Part shown: piece after piece, positions 16,283 to 25,259 of the stretch | How the letters are laid out: every line of letters begins with the position of its first letter | Position numbering within the stretch: the first letter of the stretch is position 1 | Source of the DNA: Alphaproteobacteria bacterium | GTDB taxonomy: Bacteria > Pseudomonadota > Alphaproteobacteria > RF32 > CAG-239 | Assembly: GCA_045590435.1 (NCBI GenBank) | Contig: JAZNQW010000171.1 | Location: 1 to 27,562 of the forward strand | Reading direction: 5' to 3' | Length of the DNA: 27,562 nucleotides | Notes under the pieces: model-generated | What the model was told of the DNA's origin: nothing | The model's input: the letters and a program-made list of their open reading frames with translations, nothing else | Database searches by the model: none | Translations under genes and position numbers: made by a program

Positions 16283-18790
16283 ATGAATTTGGAAAAATAC
16301 ACAGATAGAAGTCAAGGCTTTTTGCAAAATGCCGAAAAACTGGCGTCCAGAAACAATAATCAATATTTGGTGCCGTCACATTTGCTTAAAGTAATGCTTG
16401 AAGATAAAGAAGGAATGGCATCTAATTTACTGTCGCAAGCCGGCGCAAATCCGGATTTGATACGTTCGCAGGTCGACGAAGATATCAGCCGTTTGCCTGT
16501 AGTGGATGGGCAGAGTGTGCAATTAACATTATCGCAAGATACGGTAAAAGTTTTGGATTCGGCTGAACAGTTGGCCGAGAAAGCAAAAGATGCGTTTGTG
16601 AGTGTTGAACGGTTGTTGCAAGCTGTACTGATTTATAAATCATATGGCGTTGATGCGGCCAAACTTAATCAAGCAATTAATGAAATGCGACAAGGGCGCA
16701 CAGCGGATTCGGCTTCGGCGGAAGATAATTTTGAAGCACTAAAAAGATATGCCATAGATTATACCGAGCGTGCGGCACAGGGAAAATTAGATCCGATTAT
16801 CGGTCGTGATGAAGAGATTCGTCGCACCATTCAGGTTTTATCGCGCCGTACCAAAAACAATCCGATTCTGATTGGTGAACCGGGTGTTGGTAAGACAGCA
16901 ATTGTTGAGGGTTTGGCCCAACGTATTATTAACGGTGATGTTCCGAGTACTTTGGCACACAAACGCGTGATGGCGTTGGACATGGGGGCGCTGATTGCCG
17001 GCGCTAAATTCCGAGGCGAGTTTGAAGAGCGATTGAAGGCTGTATTACAAGAAGTGCAAAGCGCAAACGGACAAGTCATATTGTTTATAGATGAAATGCA
17101 CACGGTGGTTGGTGCCGGTGCTTCGGAAGGTTCAATGGATGCGTCAAACTTACTCAAACCTGCGTTAGCGCGCGGCGAATTACATTGTATTGGTGCAACC
17201 ACATTAAAAGAATATCAAAAATATATTGAAAAAGATGCGGCGTTTGCCCGTCGTTTTCAGACTGTTTATGTTGGTGAAACAGATGTGGCCGATACGGTAT
17301 CTATTTTGCGCGGTATTAAGGAAAAGTATGAGCTACACCACGGCGTTCATATTTCTGATGCGGCATTGGTAGCGGCGGCAGTGATGTCAAATCGCTATAT
17401 TACCGACCGCTTTTTGCCAGATAAAGCCATTGATTTGGTTGATGAAGCGGCAAGCAAACTGAAAATGGCTCTCGATTCGAAACCGGAAGAATTGGATCAG
17501 ATTGATCGTAAGCTGATTCAACTTAAAATTGAACGTGAGGCATTACGTAAAGAAACGGATGAATCTTCAAAAGAGCGTTTGACTAAATTGGAAACGGAAG
17601 TTGCCGAACTTGAAAAGCTGTCGGCGGAAAAAAATGAGCAATGGAATGCACATAAAAGCGCGGCGCAAGAAGCAAATAAGTTGCGCGAACGTATAGATAT
17701 GGCGCGTATTGAAGCTGAAAAAGCGCTTCGTAACGGTTTGTATGAACAGGCCGGCGAGTTACAATATAAGGAAATTCCGGATTTAGAGGCAAAGTTAAAG
17801 GCGTTGCAAGATAGTCGTGCAGTGGAAACTTCAATAGAAACCGTTACACCTGACATGATAGCATCAGTTGTTTCCAAGTGGACCGGAATTCCGGTTGATA
17901 AACTGGTTGGCGGTGAGCGTGAAAAACTGTTGCATCTGGAAGAAAATTTGGCCAAACGCGTGGTTGGGCAAGATGAAGCTATTAAATCCGTTGCCAACGC
18001 AGTGCGTCGTTCGCGTTCAGGGTTGAAAGATCCAAATCGGCCGATCGGCTCGTTTTTATTCTTGGGACCGACCGGTGTCGGCAAAACGGAACTGGCCAAA
18101 GCCTTAGCTGAATTTTTGTTTGACGAAGAAGCGGCATATATTCGTATAGATATGTCGGAATATATGGAAAAGCATTCGGTTGCGCGTTTAATCGGTGCGC
18201 CTCCGGGATATGTCGGCTATGATGAAGGTGGCGTTTTGACTGAAGCAGTGCGCCGTCGTCCCTATCAGGTGATTTTGTTTGATGAGGTTGAAAAAGCGCA
18301 TCCGGACGTATTTAATCTGCTGTTACAGGTGCTTGATGAAGGTCATTTGACTGATGGTAAAGGTCGCACGGTAGATTTCAAAAATACGTTCATCATTTTG
18401 ACATCAAATTTGATTACCGGTGCTGATCAAAACGTGATGGATACATTGCGCAACTTCTTTAAGCCGGAATTTTTGAACCGCTTGGATGAGATTTTAGTGT
18501 TCAATCCGCTCGGCAAAGATGCTATTCGTCGCATTGTCGATATTCAGGTGGAACGCTTGCAACAACGTCTGGATGAACGCCATATTACGTTATGGTTGGA
18601 TGAGAAAGCCAAAAATTGGTTGGCTGACAATGGTTATAATCCGGATTTTGGTGCCCGCCCACTCAAGCGTTTGCTGGTGCAAAATTTGGAAAATCCGTTG
18701 GCCATTATGTTGCTGGACGGTGCGGTTGATGATAATTCAAAAGTGGTCGTTTCAGCTGATGCTGACGGGCTGAAACTAACGCCGCAATAA
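16283..18790 (+). CDS. clpB: Chaperone/disaggregase ClpB
   Basis: Two AAA+ modules ([16 protein letters not shown]), coiled-coil M domain, GYVGY pore loop, GARPLKR; ATG 16283 with AAGGAG RBS. Confidence 0.98.
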   Translation: MNLEKYTDRSQGFLQNAEKLASRNNNQYLVPSHLLKVMLEDKEGMASNLLSQAGANPDLIRSQVDEDISRLPVVDGQSVQLTLSQDTVKVLDSAEQLAEKAKDAFVSVERLLQAVLIYKSYGVDAAKLNQAINEMRQGRTADSASAEDNFEALKRYAIDYTERAAQGKLDPIIGRDEEIRRTIQVLSRRTKNNPILIGEPGVGKTAIVEGLAQRIINGDVPSTLAHKRVMALDMGALIAGAKFRGEFEERLKAVLQEVQSANGQVILFIDEMHTVVGAGASEGSMDASNLLKPALARGELHCIGATTLKEYQKYIEKDAAFARRFQTVYVGETDVADTVSILRGIKEKYELHHGVHISDAALVAAAVMSNRYITDRFLPDKAIDLVDEAASKLKMALDSKPEELDQIDRKLIQLKIEREALRKETDESSKERLTKLETEVAELEKLSAEKNEQWNAHKSAAQEANKLRERIDMARIEAEKALRNGLYEQAGELQYKEIPDLEAKLKALQDSRAVETSIETVTPDMIASVVSKWTGIPVDKLVGGEREKLLHLEENLAKRVVGQDEAIKSVANAVRRSRSGLKDPNRPIGSFLFLGPTGVGKTELAKALAEFLFDEEAAYIRIDMSEYMEKHSVARLIGAPPGYVGYDEGGVLTEAVRRRPYQVILFDEVEKAHPDVFNLLLQVLDEGHLTDGKGRTVDFKNTFIILTSNLITGADQNVMDTLRNFFKPEFLNRLDEILVFNPLGKDAIRRIVDIQVERLQQRLDERHITLWLDEKAKNWLADNGYNPDFGARPLKRLLVQNLENPLAIMLLDGAVDDNSKVVVSADADGLKLTPQ

Positions 18791-18817
18791 AATATTTTAA
18801 TTTTTAAGCTGAGAACA

Positions 18818-18848
18818 TTAAGCCGTCGATTTTATATTGACGGCTTAA
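18818..18848. terminator. Bidirectional terminator between convergent clpB and deoA
   Basis: TTAAGCCGTC-N11-GACGGCTTAA 10-bp perfect stem, which includes the deoA stop codon. Confidence 0.8.
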
Positions 18849-20152
18849 ATTTTTAGCAAGATTGGGTTTTGCAAAGATGGCTTGTTTTCAGTGATTTTTA
18901 TGGCATTGATAATATCTTGCTCTGCCGCGGTAAATTGTTCTTCATCTTGATAATGCACTACGGCTAAAGGCGTTTTTTCATCAACATAATCACCGATTTG
19001 CGTAAATTGAGTAAATCCGGTAGCTAAGTCCAACTTCTCATCAGGTTGCCGGCGTCCACCCTTAAGTTTAATAATACTGAGGCCGACGGCGCGCGTATCC
19101 ATAGAGGAAACATAACCTTTACGCGGTGCAAAAATCGGCTTTTGATGAGCGGTGCGCGGTAGATAAACATCTGCTTTTTCAACAAAATCGCACGGACCTC
19201 CAAGGGAGGTAACCATTTGCGCAAATTTTTCCAACGCACGGCCGGAAGCCAATGTGTTGATAACCAGTTGTTCAGCTTCAGATATTGAATTGCAACGACC
19301 GCACTGACATAGAAGTTGCGCACAAAGACTTCGGGTGATTTGATTGAGGCGCGGATTAACATTTTTATTGTGCAGATAATCCAAAGCCTCTTGCACTTCA
19401 ACGGCATTACCGGCGCTATATCCCAAAACTTGGTTCATATCGGTCAGTAAGGCAGAAGTGTTGCAACCGGCACCGTTTGCCACCGTTACAATAGACTGGG
19501 CAAGGGCTTTAGCATCATCAAAACTGCTCATAAAAGCACCGTTTCCGCATTTTAAATCCATCACCAAATATTCCAAGCCGGCAGCCAGTTTTTTGGATAA
19601 AATAGAGGCTGTAATCAATGGAATGGACTCAATAGTGGCGCAAACGTCACGAATGGCATAGATTTTTTTATCGGCCGGTGCCAAGTCGGCAGTTTGTCCG
19701 ATAATGGCACAACCGACATTTTTAACAGTGTTCTTAAATAAATCCTTATCAGCTGCAGTGTTATAATTCGGAATGGATTCAAGTTTATCTATTGTGCCAC
19801 CGGTGTGTCCTAATCCGCGACCAGCAATCATTGGCACATAAACATCACAAGCAGCCAAAATCGGAGCTAACATTAAGCTGACTTTATCGCCGACGCCACC
19901 GCTGGAGTGCTTGTCAACAATCGGCTTATCAAAACCGTGCCAAGCCAAAACATTACCTGAATCACGCATGGCAAGAGTTAGAGCTACAGTCTCTGCCGCA
20001 TCAAGTCCGTTCAAGAAAATGGCCATAGTCATGGCAGCGACTTGTGAGTCAACCACTTCCCCGAGACCGATTCCGGCAATAAATTCATGGATTTGCGTTG
20101 CCGATAAGGTTTGTTTGTTACGTTTACAGCGAATAATTTCGGATACCAACAT
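18845..20152 (-). CDS. deoA: Thymidine (pyrimidine-nucleoside) phosphorylase
   Basis: DKHSSGGVGDK, GRGLGHTGGTIDKLESIP, ASILSKKLAAG, KCGNGAFM. Confidence 0.96.
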   Translation of the reverse strand: MLVSEIIRCKRNKQTLSATQIHEFIAGIGLGEVVDSQVAAMTMAIFLNGLDAAETVALTLAMRDSGNVLAWHGFDKPIVDKHSSGGVGDKVSLMLAPILAACDVYVPMIAGRGLGHTGGTIDKLESIPNYNTAADKDLFKNTVKNVGCAIIGQTADLAPADKKIYAIRDVCATIESIPLITASILSKKLAAGLEYLVMDLKCGNGAFMSSFDDAKALAQSIVTVANGAGCNTSALLTDMNQVLGYSAGNAVEVQEALDYLHNKNVNPRLNQITRSLCAQLLCQCGRCNSISEAEQLVINTLASGRALEKFAQMVTSLGGPCDFVEKADVYLPRTAHQKPIFAPRKGYVSSMDTRAVGLSIIKLKGGRRQPDEKLDLATGFTQFTQIGDYVDEKTPLAVVHYQDEEQFTAAEQDIINAIKITENKPSLQNPILLKI

Positions 20153-20155
20153 ATA

Positions 20156-20953
20156 CTAATCCTCTTCTAAAAATCGACTGATTAAAAAACTCATAGTTTC
20201 AATCGATTCGGCTACCGTAATCATAACGTCTTCATGATTTTGCGGAATATCGGTTAAGCCTGTGCCATAATTGGAAATGGATGAAATACCGATAACTTTA
20301 ATGCCTTGTTGAACGGCGGCCAAAACTTCCGGAACGGTGGACATACCGACGGCATCAGCGCCGAATTGGCGAAACAACTTAACTTCGCTCGGTGTTTCAT
20401 AATTCGGACCAAGCACCATAATATACACGCCTTCATACAGTTTGATGTTATTGCGAGAAGCAATGTTTTGCATTTTTTTGCGTAAATCAACATCATAAGC
20501 CGCACTCATATCCACAAAACTCGGAATTGCCGAAAATCCGATTAACGGATTGCGACCGGAAAAATTGATATGGTCTTTAATCAACATTAAACTGCCCGGT
20601 GGCATATTCTCATCAAGTGAACCGGCAGCATTTGTGATGAGCATTTGTTGAATACCCAGCTTTTTCAGCATGGCGACGATTTCGGCAATAATATTCGGTG
20701 CCAAACCCTCGTATAAATGAAAACGACCTTGCAAAAATAACACATTGTGCTTGCTTATTCTGCCGGCATAAAAACAACCTTTATGCCCAATTACCGTGGT
20801 TTGCGGAAAATTCGGCACATCTTTATACGGAATAACAATTGGGTCTTCAATTTCTGCAGTTAACAAGCCCAAACCTGAGCCGAGAATAATAGCGGTATCC
20901 GGCACAAAGCCGTTTAACTGCTGTTGCATATATTCAAAGGCACCTTCAAGCAT
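20156..20953 (-). CDS. punA: Purine-nucleoside phosphorylase (trimeric PunA/XapA type)
   Basis: IILGSGLG, GHKG, QGRFHLYEG, TNAAG, GPNYETPSE, GADAVGMSTVPE; ATG 20953 overlaps the cdd stop. Confidence 0.93.
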   Translation of the reverse strand: MLEGAFEYMQQQLNGFVPDTAIILGSGLGLLTAEIEDPIVIPYKDVPNFPQTTVIGHKGCFYAGRISKHNVLFLQGRFHLYEGLAPNIIAEIVAMLKKLGIQQMLITNAAGSLDENMPPGSLMLIKDHINFSGRNPLIGFSAIPSFVDMSAAYDVDLRKKMQNIASRNNIKLYEGVYIMVLGPNYETPSEVKLFRQFGADAVGMSTVPEVLAAVQQGIKVIGISSISNYGTGLTDIPQNHEDVMITVAESIETMSFLISRFLEED

Positions 20954-21350
20954 GATTAATATCCTTAGCTTTGAAATTTTGCGGCAATAATTCTGCCAAA
21001 GTGTGTGTTTTGACAATGTCGGTTACATTGGCACTGTATATAAAAGTATCTGCGTTACCAAACTCGGCAATTTTTTGCAGACAGTTACCGCATGGTAAAA
21101 TACACTCTGTATCCGCCAGAATTAAAATAGCTTGAATATGCCGATATCCATTGGCAACCATGTTGGCAATGGCTCCGGCTTCGGCACAGGTGCCGCAAGG
21201 ATAAGCAGCGTTTTCAACATTACAGCCGGCAAAAATTTGTCCTTCAACAGTTAAAACTGCGGCACCGACAGTAAAGCCCGAATAAGGTGCATAAGCATTT
21301 TTACGCGCTTGAAAAGCGGTGGTGAAAAGTTGTTTTTGAACAGGTGTCAT
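20946..21350 (-). CDS. cdd: Cytidine deaminase (homotetrameric type)
   Basis: AYAPYSGFTVGAA, GCNVENAAYP, CAEAGAI, PCGNC zinc ligands; ATG 21350 with GGAGA RBS. Confidence 0.95.
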   Translation of the reverse strand: MTPVQKQLFTTAFQARKNAYAPYSGFTVGAAVLTVEGQIFAGCNVENAAYPCGTCAEAGAIANMVANGYRHIQAILILADTECILPCGNCLQKIAEFGNADTFIYSANVTDIVKTHTLAELLPQNFKAKDINHA

Positions 21351-21383
21351 CAACGATTCTCCGATAACGAAATAATTTACTTC

Positions 21384-21413
21384 ATTGTAAACAGAGCCAG
21401 CATTAAAAGTCAA
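21384..21413 (-). promoter_or_regulatory. Putative promoter of cdd-punA-deoA (TTGACT-N18-TACAAT)
   Basis: Minus strand TTGACT(21413-21408), 18-nt spacer, TACAAT(21389-21384). Confidence 0.55.
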
Positions 21414-21440
21414 GTTCTGTCTTTATTTGCACGCAATAAA

Positions 21441-21472
21441 AAAACACGACATCATTGAAATGTCGTGCTTTT
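21441..21472 (-). terminator. Intrinsic terminator of 21489-21710 gene
   Basis: Minus strand G-CACGACAT-N7-ATGTCGTG-T followed by a T run; the closing G.U pair favours minus-strand reading. Confidence 0.8.
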
Positions 21473-21488
21473 AACAAAGTAAGGCAAT

Positions 21489-21710
21489 TTACAGTGCCTC
21501 AAGTTCTTTTGCAATTTGCTGTAAGTCAGCTTTTTCCTCGGCAGTAGCATTGTTATTAACCCAACGGCCGTTAATAAAAGCATAGACTTTTTCCAGCAAG
21601 GCATCACGCTTGGCGGCATTAAAGTTAGTTTTCAATTCAGCCAAACCAAGGGAAAACATCCACAGACGAAACGCCGTCTCACCGGTGGCATTAAGATACT
21701 TCTCTTTCAT
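21489..21710 (-). CDS. Small hypothetical protein (73 aa)
   Basis: ORF flanked by its own TTGACA promoter and terminator; amphipathic helical-looking sequence; no SD. Confidence 0.6.
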   Translation of the reverse strand: MKEKYLNATGETAFRLWMFSLGLAELKTNFNAAKRDALLEKVYAFINGRWVNNNATAEEKADLQQIAKELEAL

Positions 21711-21744
21711 AAGCAATACGCATTAGAGGTTAATAAAAATAGTC

Positions 21745-21782
21745 AAAATAGCTGTTATCAAGTTGAAGATAACAGCTATTTT
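21745..21782 (-). terminator. Terminator of MORN-ankyrin gene
   Basis: 15-bp perfect inverted repeat AAAATAGCTGTTATC-N8-GATAACAGCTATTTT, 19 nt after the stop. Confidence 0.8.
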
Positions 21783-21794
21783 CAATTTTGTCAA
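21766..21794 (-). promoter_or_regulatory. Sigma70-type promoter TTGACA-N17-TATCTT overlapping the terminator hairpin
   Basis: TTGACA 21794-21789; TATCTT 21771-21766 spans the arm and loop of the hairpin. Confidence 0.55.
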
Positions 21795-21801
21795 TACATT
21801 A

Positions 21802-24800
21802 CTATAGACGATAATCAGAGGCCTTTCTGTTATATTGGTCCTTCAAGTTAGGATTTATTTCGTGTAACAATAACATATTTTCCAGTGCTTCGTAATGCGG
21901 ATTAGACTGTTTGGCCAAACGAATCAATAATGTTTCGCCGTTAATGTTTTGTGAATTAATATTCAATCCGGCGCTTGTAAACAAAATAACGAATTTTTCA
22001 ACTTGTTCCACCAATTCTTGAGTAGGCATATCTTTATTTTTTTCTACGCTATCGGCCAACTGTAAAATCATGTTGTTACCGTCATAATCAGTTTTTTGAA
22101 AGTCAACTTTTGCAGTTAAGGCATATTCCGCCAAATCAGCATTCAAATTGAATAAAGCATGTTCCAAAAGATTTTTCTGCTCGGAATCAATATAATCCAG
22201 CTTAGCCCCATAGGCTAATAAGTCTTCCAAAATTCCGCTTTGTGCGGAGGTTAAGTTTGTCAGATACACTTTATCATTGATAACCATATTGGTATCAGCA
22301 TTATTTTGCAATAACGCGCGAACAATCGGTTCATTGTTTTGAGCAATTGCTAAAGCCAATGCTGTTTGCCCATTGGCATCCAGAGCATCAATTTCTAACC
22401 CTTTAACAGCCACGGCCGACAGATAATCTTTATCATATTTATTACGAATAATATAATGCAACAAAGAATCTTTTTGTTCATTACGGCTATTGACATCAGC
22501 ACCATGAGCAATCAGTTTTTGGAAGATCATTAAATTACGATTCTTCAATGCCTCCCACACATATTTATCATCAATTTTCTTCACATGATTTAAAGCAATA
22601 TCTACTAATTCCGGTTCAATATCTGCCGTTAAGATAAAGTGCAAAGGGACTTCATTACGACTATCCGGTTGGTTTAAATCAATTTTTTCGAATACATCAT
22701 CAAGTAAATCAGCGCGTTCCTGTAAAACCAAAACCATCCATAACGGCTTGTCTATTTTAGGAAGATAGCCTGTATAATCAGAATTATGCGCTAAAATTTG
22801 AGATTCGATTTCTTCTGGTACCTGATGTTGCAACACATAAGTTAAAGCACTTTCCTGTTCGGAATTGGTTAAATTAACATCAGCACCGTTTTGCAGTAAA
22901 GTAGTTACCATTTCATAATCTTGCGCCACCAATGCTTTCATTATTAAAGTTTGACCGACTTTATTGAGGGCGTTTACATTGGCACCGTTTTGTAAAATCA
23001 TGTGCAAAATAGGTTTCGGAATTTGGTGTGTGTAAGCATAGTCAAGCAAACTGTCGCCATTTGGTGATTGAGTGCTTAAATCGGCGTTAAATTCCAAAAA
23101 CAGGTTGATTAGGTCGGTATTTTGCTGTTTAATAGCCAGTAAAAAGGCGGAATTTCCTTGCTTATCTTTGGAGTTTACATCAGCACCGGCCATCAACAAA
23201 TCGCGAATAACCGGTTCCGGCATCTGTTCCTTTAAAGCCACAAGCAATACATTATTGCCCTGTTGATCACACGCATTTATATCGGCTCCTGCTTTAATTA
23301 AAGCCTGAATAATCGGTAATTGAACTTTTTCTTTAACAGCCGTCAACAGAATGGTATTACCGTTGGCATCCTTCTTCTTTACATCCGCATGTTGTAACAG
23401 TAAATATTTTACCATATCTGAATTATTGAGACGAACTGCTTCTTGTAATGCCGTGGTGCCGCGCGGATTAACTGCTTCAACCACCTCTTTCGAGGTAGCA
23501 AATTTTTGTATAATTTCAGTCGGTGCAGAAATATTAACGGCATAACTTAACGGATTTAGGCCGAAATATAAACTGCGATTTTGTTCCATAAATTGTGTCG
23601 GATTAATTTTTTGATACGTTTCCATATCGGCCATATCGGAAGCCAACATAGTCATTTGTTTTTCCAGTTCATTCAATATGTCCGTTTTACCGGTATTCAG
23701 GCCCAACCATAAAATGGTATACCACATATTGCGACGTTCGGCATATTCATTTAAGCGATTGTTTTTATAGGCCACAAAAACATCATTGATGCGTGGCGTG
23801 TGTGCAATGTTTGTTTGCGCCATTTCCACATCATCCATAAAATAACTGACCTGTTCTAATTCCCCGTCGGCTCCGAAAATGCGGGAAATACCGTCTTTTT
23901 TATCATTTCTGTAATTTTCAATCAGTTTTTGCGTGCATTTACAGTTCGGATCTTGTGGAGTGCGATTATACGTTTCGATATTTTCAATGGCGCCATTATC
24001 AATCCATTCGGCATGTACGCCGTTTTTCTTATCGTTCAAATAAGTGGTGCGTGTGGCAATACGTGTGGTTGGTGAAAAACTTTTGCCAACACCGGATTTC
24101 ATGTCATCAACATAAGGAATAATGGTAATACCGCCATCTTCGGCATAAATACGATGAGGCCCGTTGCGTTTGCCGTTTTTATAAGTAATTTCATCAGTTA
24201 AATATTTGCTATTATATTTTTTTGTAACACCGTTAAGTTGACCATTAACGTAATTATTTTCTTCCACAAGCATATTATTTTGAATAATGCGTTCAATACC
24301 GTTTTTGACGCCATTTTCATAATGTTCTATTCTGGTTAAATTACCATTGCGGTCAAAATAATTGGTTTCGCCGTTAAGTTTACCGTTTTCATAAAAACTG
24401 CGTTGTTGCGGTTTGCCGTTGTTGTAAAATAGAATAAACTCGCCGTCTAAGACATTATTTTTATAAGTTTTTTTATATTGAGGCTGACTGTTTTCATAAA
24501 ACATAATTTCTTCGCCGTTTTTCATGCCCTTACGATACGTAATTTCTAACTCTAACTTACCGTCTTCATAGTGTGATGTGGCCACCCCGTGTTTCAATCC
24601 GTTACGATAAAAATATGTTATTTGACGGCCTTCGCTATCCGGTATCACAACAGCGCCGGAAAAGATTTGCCCGTCAGTGATATAAGCAATTTCATGGCCG
24701 TTATCGGTTTTAAATTGTATTTCATCCGCATTATGAACCACAACACTTTCCGCCCAAACCGGCATAGAAAGCATAGTTGAAGTCAGTAAGCAAAAAACAA

Positions 24801-24816
24801 ATTTAGAACCAAACAT
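21802..24816 (-). CDS. Putative secreted MORN-variant (YwqK-like) repeat + ankyrin repeat protein
   Basis: Signal-peptide-like N-terminus (MFGSKFVFCLLTSTMLSMPVWA); repeats of Y-x-NG-x-K/L-x-G in the first about 330 aa; many GADVN/GNT-LL-A ankyrin repeats afterwards; AAGGAGAGG RBS. Confidence 0.85.
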   Translation of the reverse strand: MFGSKFVFCLLTSTMLSMPVWAESVVVHNADEIQFKTDNGHEIAYITDGQIFSGAVVIPDSEGRQITYFYRNGLKHGVATSHYEDGKLELEITYRKGMKNGEEIMFYENSQPQYKKTYKNNVLDGEFILFYNNGKPQQRSFYENGKLNGETNYFDRNGNLTRIEHYENGVKNGIERIIQNNMLVEENNYVNGQLNGVTKKYNSKYLTDEITYKNGKRNGPHRIYAEDGGITIIPYVDDMKSGVGKSFSPTTRIATRTTYLNDKKNGVHAEWIDNGAIENIETYNRTPQDPNCKCTQKLIENYRNDKKDGISRIFGADGELEQVSYFMDDVEMAQTNIAHTPRINDVFVAYKNNRLNEYAERRNMWYTILWLGLNTGKTDILNELEKQMTMLASDMADMETYQKINPTQFMEQNRSLYFGLNPLSYAVNISAPTEIIQKFATSKEVVEAVNPRGTTALQEAVRLNNSDMVKYLLLQHADVKKKDANGNTILLTAVKEKVQLPIIQALIKAGADINACDQQGNNVLLVALKEQMPEPVIRDLLMAGADVNSKDKQGNSAFLLAIKQQNTDLINLFLEFNADLSTQSPNGDSLLDYAYTHQIPKPILHMILQNGANVNALNKVGQTLIMKALVAQDYEMVTTLLQNGADVNLTNSEQESALTYVLQHQVPEEIESQILAHNSDYTGYLPKIDKPLWMVLVLQERADLLDDVFEKIDLNQPDSRNEVPLHFILTADIEPELVDIALNHVKKIDDKYVWEALKNRNLMIFQKLIAHGADVNSRNEQKDSLLHYIIRNKYDKDYLSAVAVKGLEIDALDANGQTALALAIAQNNEPIVRALLQNNADTNMVINDKVYLTNLTSAQSGILEDLLAYGAKLDYIDSEQKNLLEHALFNLNADLAEYALTAKVDFQKTDYDGNNMILQLADSVEKNKDMPTQELVEQVEKFVILFTSAGLNINSQNINGETLLIRLAKQSNPHYEALENMLLLHEINPNLKDQYNRKASDYRL

Positions 24817-24904
24817 AGGTGCCTCTCCTTAAAAATTATTTTTTTCAAACTTAGCACGAGCAACCTTAAAAATCAATTAATGTAATTTTTGAGACAAGGT
24901 ATTT

Positions 24905-25070
24905 AAAAAAGAGAAAGCTCAGGGGATTTCACAATCGCCTGAGCCCGAAATGTTTAATTTTTTTCACACAATCAGTCCAAGGGGTGTGCAACCGCTCGAA
25001 CCTCGTTAACTTATTGTTTTACCTTTTCAGTATGACCGGCACAAGGTGTTTCACAACCGCTTGAACCGAT
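24905..25070 (-). ncRNA. Candidate structured small RNA: three related hairpins, the last followed by a U-tract
   Basis: Hairpins at 25070-25035, 25001-24975 and 24944-24917 share GGYTCRRG-CG-RTTG; two carry a GUGA (GNRA) tetraloop; compensatory pairs differ between copies. Confidence 0.55.
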
Positions 25071-25153
25071 AATTATAAAAAAGATTTGATGATTTATATT
25101 GTTATTTATGTGGCTTAATAATTCAAATGCTAATTATAGAAAAATCAATTACT

Positions 25154-25181
25154 TTTATAAAAGAGTGAGTCTAAAAGTCAA
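25154..25181 (-). promoter_or_regulatory. Possible promoter for the candidate ncRNA (TTGACT-N16-TATAAA)
   Basis: TTGACT 25181-25176, TATAAA 25159-25154; back to back with the promoter at 25192. Confidence 0.4.
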
Positions 25182-25191
25182 GTAAAAAATA

Positions 25192-25220
25192 TTGACAAAA
25201 GAAAGTAAGTGTGGCAGAAT
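25192..25220 (+). promoter_or_regulatory. Sigma70-type promoter TTGACA-N17-CAGAAT with extended -10 TG
   Basis: TTGACA 25192-25197; TG at 25212-25213; CAGAAT 25215-25220. Confidence 0.6.
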
Positions 25221-25259
25221 AAATCTGATTTTCTTTATTATTAACTTAAATTGTATTGT

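Noticed and set aside
6179-18848. Shared TTAAGCCG/CGGCTTAA arms at 6179-6210 and 18818-18848 as a REP/MITE family
   Set aside because: Only two copies, 8-bp identity and unrelated loops; both are adequately explained as terminators.
1528-20990. Many alternative ORFs in the track overlapping recA, ftsH, MTase, accD, clpB, deoA and punA (e.g. 15514-16071, 17518-18099, 13824-14129, 14578-14881)
   Set aside because: These are antisense or off-frame shadows of well-supported genes, with no RBS or recognisable motifs.
24905-25070. Mini-CRISPR array or type III toxin-antitoxin repeat array
   Set aside because: The period (57 and 65 nt) and 30-33 nt linkers look CRISPR-like, but the copies are too divergent and vary in a structure-preserving way. 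There are no cas genes, the linkers are A-rich, and the repeats are not contiguous or followed by a ToxN-like gene.
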